Position numbers and translations under genes: made by a program
Notes under the pieces: model-generated
Seen by the model: the letters and a program-made list of their open reading frames with translations, nothing else
What the model was told of the DNA's origin: nothing
Database searches by the model: none
Assembly: GCF_006345805.1 (NCBI RefSeq)
Contig: NW_021833177.1
Span: forward strand, 1-28,860
Length of the DNA: 28,860 nt
Direction: 5' to 3'
Origin: Octopus sinensis
Lineage: Eukaryota
Shown: positions 22,306-28,860 of the stretch, one piece after another
Numbering within the stretch: the stretch's first letter is position 1
How the letters are laid out: each line of letters starts with the position of its first letter

Positions 22306-22711
22306 TATTTCTTTACTGCCTACAAGGTGCTACACAGAGGGGACAAACAAGGACAGACAAACGGATTAAGTCGATCATATCGTGCGTAAGTGATACTTAT
22401 TTAAACGACCCCGAAAGGATGAAAGGCAAAGTCGACCTCAGCGGAATTTGAACTCAGAATGTAGCGGCAGTCGAAATGCCTATTTCTTTACTACCCACAA
22501 GGGGCTAACCACAGAGGGGACAAACAAGGACAGACAAGCGGATTAAGTCGATTATATCGACCCCAGTGCGTAAATGGTACTTAATTTATCGACCCCGAAA
22601 AGATGAAAGGTAAAGTCGACCTCGGCGGAATTTGAACTCAGAACGTAACGGCAGACGAAATACCGCTAAGCATTTCGCCCGGCGTGCTAACGTTTCTGCC
22701 AGCTCGCCACC
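22306..22711 (-). mobile_element. Tandem SINE A1 pair (complete copy 22481-22711, headless diverged copy 22306-22478)
   Basis: Two collinear A1 bodies; tggattatatctta at 22294-22307 and 22718-22731. Confidence 0.88.
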
Positions 22712-23221
22712 ATAAGCTGGATTATATCTTATGGATTATATCTACCACCCTAGAACTTGACTAGCCCCTTAGGAATGATAAAAGATTAGGTTTATTTGGG
22801 CAAGATTTAACTCATAACGTAAAATAAAATAACATAAAATTAAATACCGTAAACCTGCCAATCCACCGCCATTTTCGCTGTCACTTTCCCGACTTTTCCA
22901 TTCCGTAGCCATTCTGTCTACGTTCCGCCAGTCCTACAAATCTACCGCTATTTATCTGCCTCTCTAAAATTCCAGAAACCCATCATCATTTTATTTGTCA
23001 TTCTATCATACCTTCCAGTTTACCAGCCTTGTTTCTATTCAGGTAATGAATGATATAAATTTCATAACACGCCGGATTATTCGGCCACTCAACCGCTGAT
23101 GTCTTTGTGCCAATATAAAAAGCAAAATTCCATAATTACAATTTGTTTACCTGATGAAGAGAGTCGGAAGATGTCCAGTGTCAGAAAGACCAAATTCATA
23201 CAATATTTACTTACATAATTT

Positions 23222-23578
23222 CTGTTCTGAGTTCAAATCTCGTCAGAGATTAACTTCGCTTTTCACTGCTCCATTGACGATGAAATAAGTGCAACTATTG
23301 TCCTAGTGTCGACTCAGTTGACAGTAAATTTTCTTTAAGGTTTATTTTGTGGCCTTGTACCTCTCCGAGAAATCCCTTTGTGGTCGATATATTAGAAATA
23401 ACAGCTAAATCTTCTTCAAATTACTCCTTGCTGTCTAAAAAAAATATGCCCATATTGGGTATAACGGTCCTGGATACATCGCTACAAAAAATAAAGTCGG
23501 GATAGTCGCAGGTGAAATCCCTTTGAACATTGTTCTATTTGATCACGGCTGACCTAGATATAAACTATAACAAACAAC
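23222..23578 (+). mobile_element. Degenerate SINE A remnant followed by repeat D
   Basis: 'gttctgagttcaaatctc...ggccttgtacc' then 'tagaaataacagctaaatc...gatcacggctgacc...aaacaac'. Confidence 0.55.
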
Positions 23579-24319
23579 TATTGATAAGGTCTAACAAGAC
23601 TGAAATACGTCCGTCACTGTCTACGTGCATCTGACAAAGATCATATTTCTTTTAAGCATGGAAATTAATAACAATTTTCGGTGAAACTCATTCTTAATTT
23701 CTTAAAATTATCTCCTTTTTTCTTTGAAAGCCACCAACAGTTGACGTCGTTTTTTTTTTCCTCTAACTAAGAGAAACTTTTCGTTTACTTCATCCAGAAT
23801 ATAACTACCTTTTAGCGCCTCCGTGGATCAAGGTTAGCTATGCTTCTGCACATGCAAGAGCAGGCTAGGGCAAGATCTTTTGAGGAAGATGAGTGGTTGT
23901 CCATGCAGATCTCTCCTCTCTACGTCATTCATGTTTATTCAAGAGAAAGGCCACACCCTGTCACCAGTCTCGCCGTAGACGTTATTTCCAGAAGTAGCGC
24001 TTGCGACAACATTCGTGTCAAGGTGCATCGACCCAAGTTGGCGGCCTTTTCCTATGAAAAGACAAACAGCTAGAACAAGTAAGGCATGTTCCCAAGCAGT
24101 CTAACAAGTTCCACAAAGCCACCACCCTTAATTGGCACTTCCTTTATCGACCCCAAAATGATGAACTGCAATGTTAACCTGGGGGGGATCAGAACAAATA
24201 CTACAAGGCATTTTATCCAACGTTCTAATGACAACCAATTCCTCACCTTCATAACTACTCACTATATGATTTAGTATTATGAAAACGAACTGAAAGAGCG
24301 TATATGCATTCACTTGGTC

Positions 24320-24505
24320 TGCTAGAAATAACAGCTAGGTCTCTAGTAACACATGCCCTAAAATCTTACATTTAAGAAAAATTATTATTTTGGATAATGT
24401 AGTTTTAGGTGCACTTAAATAGGTGTGGAAGGTGTATTGACAAAGTTAAAAAGCGTTCGATCATAGGTTTTCTGGATGAAGATTAACCCTAGGCTAAAGA
24501 ACACG
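24320..24505 (+). mobile_element. Repeat D copy
   Basis: 'ctagaaataacagct...ttggataatgtagttttag...gatcatagg...aaccctaggctaaa'. Confidence 0.55.
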
Positions 24506-24542
24506 GTATTAAATTGAAGCTAAGCCGTGAAATATAGTCTGA

Positions 24543-24730
24543 CCGGAAGTTGATCCACGCAAACATCGCTTCGTTGACATAGGAATGACGTCATTGAAGA
24601 TGTTTTCGTGACCTAAATATGTTTGCAAGAAACGACAGCACTGATCGATGATAGTATAAAATATCATTATATAGATTATATTTGAGGGAAATCTCTGTAT
24701 GACGTCATTTGAACTTTTTACCTGACGTCA
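24543..24730. promoter_or_regulatory. Candidate CRE/ETS regulatory cluster
   Basis: TGACGTCA at 24586-24593, 24700-24707 and 24723-24730; CCGGAAGT at 24543-24550. Motif evidence only. Confidence 0.4.
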
Positions 24731-24741
24731 GTCCGATTCAA

Positions 24742-24890
24742 TGTGTGTGTGAATGCATGTGTGCGTCTGTGCGCGTGTGTGTGTGTGCATGCATGCGTGT
24801 GTGTGTGTGTGTGTGTGTGCATGTGTGTGCGTGCATGTATGTGCGTGCATGTGTGTGTGTGTGTATGTGTGTGCATGCATGCGTGAGTGT
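24742..24890. repeat. (GT)n/(GCAT)n microsatellite
   Basis: Direct inspection. Confidence 0.92.
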
Positions 24891-25498
24891 GTAACGGAAG
24901 TGAATAACATATGAAATTAGAACTGCAATGCAAGCAATCGTTATAATAATTTTTTGTCAAATCTGTCTGTCTATAAATAAATTCCGGTTTGGTTCATGAC
25001 TCCCCCTCTCTTTCTCTCATGCTCTTTTTCTATATGCATACATACATGCATGCATGGATCTATGCATGCATATAGTATGTATGTATGCATGTATGCATTT
25101 ATGCATGTACGTAAGTATGTATGTATGCATGTGTGCATGTATGCATTAAGTACTCAGACACATACAAATACTCCACACAATCTTTAAGGACATTAAGCTA
25201 CTAATTTGATAACATAATAAATTTCTTCTTATAAAAGAAATAAGTTTATTACAAAATGGCAAGAAAATCATTAACCTTCGTCCTTTAAATTTCTCTTAAG
25301 AAAATTTACGAATTCGTATTTGTTTTCCGCTATCAATTTTTTTTTATTTCTTTCTTCACAATAAGAAATGCCATGTATCAATTCATCTGTCTATCTGGCT
25401 GTTTGTCTGTCTATCTATTTATCTAAGTACCTAGCCGTCTGTCTGTCTCTCTATCTATCTATCTGTCTGTCTATCTATCAATCTATCTGTTTATCGCC

Positions 25499-25536
<38 letters not shown>

Positions 25537-25739
25537 TATATACATAAATACAAGAGGAAACCAATATGTGGAAACCCTTAGGCTAGAAAAAGATCCGCTA
25601 TGATCTCAACCACTAAGAATTATTCTCCAGAAAATTTAGCACTCCAGAAACGTAAGCGAGCAAGACAAATGAAAAACAACAAATGGTGTTAAATTGATGT
25701 TATAAAATTAATATCCAATTTTTCACCCTCATTTTGACT

Positions 25740-25781
<42 letters not shown>

Positions 25782-26656
25782 ATCTACCTGTTACTGTTTT
25801 TACCACGATCTCTCACCCAGTACACAAAAAACGTAAATGACTCAGGTACTGTCCCCCATTCAATCATTTCAGAAGATATTCGGATGTTTATTTTCTTACG
25901 GCCATTTTAAAAGGCATTATTTAACTGTTTGTCATGAATGATAAACATGTAATTTCACAAAGTCAAACGAGTGCCGCAGCGACAGCGTTCTATCACGGTT
26001 TTTAATTCCATCTTTCACTCAATACACTCCGCCCTCTCTCTCTCTCGCTCTAACACACGCGCGCGCGCGCTCCCTCCATATATATGTATGTACGTATGTA
26101 TGTATGTATGTATCTATCTAAAAAAAGATGGGTGAATGTAGCAAGGATGGCACGTATGAATGACGAAGCCACCATGACTATGATTCTATGAACCGTAAAA
26201 ATGAATACAGAGAGTTGCTTATTTGCAAAAAAAAAAAGAAATATAACATGTGACTTCATTGACCGAGGTTACCGTGGTCTTTTCCGTAGGCTTTTCTTTC
26301 CACGGGTAAACCTCACCTGTCCTCCCCTTTACACTTCATATTGACATTTCTGTGATAACGATCCCTATTGATCAATTTTTTTTTCCTCCCCCCTTTTTTT
26401 ATCCCCCCCTTTTTTGTCCTCTTTCTTTCCTTTTACGATCCCTTTTGATCGAAAACCAAACCCCCTTTTTTTCACCCCCAAAAGAAAAGCTCTACCTTGT
26501 AATTTGTCCTGTCTGTGTGCAGCCCTATGTGGCTAATAAAGAAACATATATATATATATACACGCGCATATGTATGTATGATACAAAATTATGAATCTCC
26601 GTTCTTAAAATTGTTTAAGAAAACTTACGAACAAATATTTACATTTTATCTGTTAA

Positions 26657-26860
26657 ATTCTAACGCGTAACTTTCTTTACAATACTACTGACCTGTTCGT
26701 ACATGATCAGTTCTATGTTGTCCTCAACAGAGTTGGGAATCCATCAGATGTAGAGATCTTAGCTGGTCAAAGTGAATTTACTATAGCAGGCGGATCTCGC
26801 AGGCATCCCAGTTATGAAATTGTAAAATCAACTAAAAATATATACACGGACATTGTTTTA
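26657..26860 (+). pseudogene. Helitron Pif1-type helicase C-terminal relic
   Basis: Open frame (absent from the ORF track) reads 'DLFVHDQFYVVLNRVGNPSDVEIL...TKNIYTDIVL', matching the Helitron/Pif1 consensus 'VFSHGQLYVALSRV...TKNIVYxEVL'; an in-frame stop lies just upstream. Confidence 0.65.
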
Positions 26861-27214
26861 TCTCTCTCTATATAAACGGCAGTTTGTCTGTGTGTGTTTC
26901 TGTGTGTCTGTTAGCTTGTACCCTCACCCTGGTCACGGCTTTCAACCGATTCTGATGAAACTTAACACACACATAGCCCAATGCCATAATTCAAAACTAA
27001 CGCAGAGAAAATTTTGAAAAGTTCCCCCAGTTCTGAAAAAAATCGATAAATTCGACATGGGGTCGAGAATCAGAAACACAAACCACAGACTGTCTAGGGG
27101 ACGCAACTCGACCGTTTTAACTCTCAAAAAAATTTTTGGGGGGCTATAACTCTCTAAAAATGCTTTATAGTTATTTCCCTTACAAACCCGAGCAACGCCG
27201 GGCGATACTGCTAG
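26861..27214 (+). mobile_element. Non-autonomous Helitron, 354 bp
   Basis: 5' TC after A (26860), 3' hairpin cccgagcaacgccggg (27187-27202), terminal CTAG (27211-27214) followed by T; no TSD. Confidence 0.85.
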
Positions 27215-27472
27215 TTCTCAATATTTCTTGCCTATAGTTTGTTGCATATAATGATGTATGCAGAAATAATGTTTTTTTTTTTCAAAAATCAGAAATAAAT
27301 GAATAAAAACTAATACGTTTTAATCTAAATGTTTCATTTATTTCAATATTGTTTTTCATTCTTTTTCTTGATTCTTCGTTGAAAATGTACCTAGATTTGT
27401 AACCAGCACATTAATCAAGCGATCGATTAATAAATCGATCGCTTGATATCGGCTAGATATTTAAACAGTAGA

Positions 27473-27590
27473 GGCGCGTGCCTTAGTGGTTAGGGTGTCA
27501 GCACTATGATCGTAAGATTGTGGTTTCGATTCTTGGAGCGGGCGACGCGTTGTGTTCTTGAGCAAATCACTTCATTTCACGTTGCTCCAG
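27473..27590 (+). mobile_element. SINE group C, head plus CORE-like segment only
   Basis: 'ggcgcgtgccttagtggttaggg...ggtttcgattc...ttcatttcacgttgctccag', then the homology stops. Confidence 0.85.
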
Positions 27591-27829
27591 ACCACAAAAA
27601 CCTAAGAAGGTATGTATGAATGTAGGTATATGTGAGTGCGTGTGTGTGTAAGCCTTTGTGCATGTATGTATGTGTGTATATATATATATAATTACATCTA
27701 AAGATAAGATCCAAGGATTGAGCTGTAGGAAGTTAATAAGCTTAGAGCAGTCCCTAGAAGGTATAAAAAATAACTTTCTAGAAAAGTGGTTTATTGACCC
27801 TGAAGGTTTTTGAACTTTTTCCATATTTG

Positions 27830-27864
27830 AATGTGTGTGTGTGTGTATATACACACACACACAC

Positions 27865-27899
<35 letters not shown>

Positions 27900-27926
27900 T
27901 ATCACATATATGTGTGTGTATGTATG

Positions 27927-27962
<36 letters not shown>
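27830..27962. repeat. (GT)/(CA)/(ATGT)n and (GATA)n microsatellites
   Basis: Direct inspection; (GATA)9 at 27927-27962. Confidence 0.95.
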
Positions 27963-27963
<1 letters not shown>

Positions 27964-28589
27964 GAAAGCAGGGCTTAAACGACACGTCTGACTGCATATT
28001 GCAATTCGTATGCATAATCTGTGGTTTCAGGTTTTGCGATTACTGCGTTTTGATAATTCGTGAATTTTAGCTCAACGTGTACACACGTGTGTGCGTGTCC
28101 ACGTGACGACGCGTGCGCACGCGCGTGTGTCTGCAAATGTACTTCTATTTATGTAAATGTATGTTTCGTAGTTAATATTTGAGCATATTTTCCTACACTA
28201 GTAATTATTATAAGCAGCAGTATCTGAAAGAATGTTATTGGTTATTAATAATTGCATATGGAACGTGTTAATATTACGTTCCGTACGTGAGTAGGAATAT
28301 ATTTAATTACATTAGTGGTCAATATTTTAAAAGTGTTTTGCGCAGCTCTACTATAACAGGCACCAATATCTGTCATATCTTGTTATTACACTGTGTGACA
28401 ATTTTTTATCATTTATTTATTGTCTTTGGTCAGTAAATGTTCTTTCGTATTAAGGAAAGTGAGGCTTGTTTTCTGTGTACAGTCGCTGTTATGAAAGAGT
28501 GCGCATGGAGAACCAGAATGCAAGGTAAGAAGTCAGGGGGTCTTCATCTCCGGCCCTGGATTGCTTATGTCAATGAACAATGGATCAAT

Positions 28590-28682
28590 AGGGGTGTATC
28601 TAAAGCCAAAGACTACATAATCCAATATGTCCTCTTTTTCTAGAGAATTTAAGGGAAATAGATTGGGCTGCTATTTCTAGTA
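28590..28682 (-). mobile_element. Repeat D fragment
   Basis: 'gactacataatccaatatgtcc...gattgggctgctatttctag'. Confidence 0.55.
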
Positions 28683-28744
28683 GGCTACGGTCCCATGTGC
28701 AGATTCTTTATATACATGTGTATGTGTGTCTATATGAGTGTGTG

Positions 28745-28776
28745 TGTTATATATATATAATATTTATTATATATTA

Positions 28777-28833
<57 letters not shown>

Positions 28834-28860
28834 TATATATATATATATATATATGTATGT
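28745..28860. repeat. (AT)n microsatellite
   Basis: Direct inspection. Confidence 0.95.

Noticed and set aside
23150-23195. CTGATGA...GAAA resembling a hammerhead core
   Set aside because: No convincing stem II, stem III or cleavage triplet.
23820-24073. 77-aa ORF in GC-richer unique-looking sequence
   Set aside because: No recognisable protein; it may be a LINE UTR fragment, but I cannot support an assignment.
26265-26316. Imperfect hairpin gaggttaccgtgg...ccacgggtaaacctc
   Set aside because: Arms of 13-15 nt with bulges are too short for a pre-miRNA and plausible by chance.

Overview
AT-rich, microsatellite-dense, non-coding eukaryotic DNA. The repeat inventory strongly suggests an octopod cephalopod (Octopus-like) genome; this is inferred from recognising the families, not from a search. 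I find no intact protein-coding gene, and almost all listed ORFs are translations of simple repeats or SINEs. The window is a mosaic of mobile elements: three tRNA-derived SINE groups (labelled A, B, C here), an old unclassified repeat (D), hAT-like and piggyBac-like MITEs, a mariner relic, a non-autonomous Helitron inside a Helitron helicase relic, and R4/Dong-like and RTE LINE 3' ends. The most unusual structure is a ~920-bp insertion (8653-9572) with a perfect 212-bp inverted repeat whose arms each carry a hammerhead-ribozyme-like core, as in Penelope-like elements. Also notable are a train of retroelements stacked in one (ATT)n array (15.8-18.4 kb), including a tandem pair of an unclassified ~540-bp element, and a cluster of three full CRE palindromes with ETS sites (24.5-24.9 kb). 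Boundaries of degenerate repeats are approximate.
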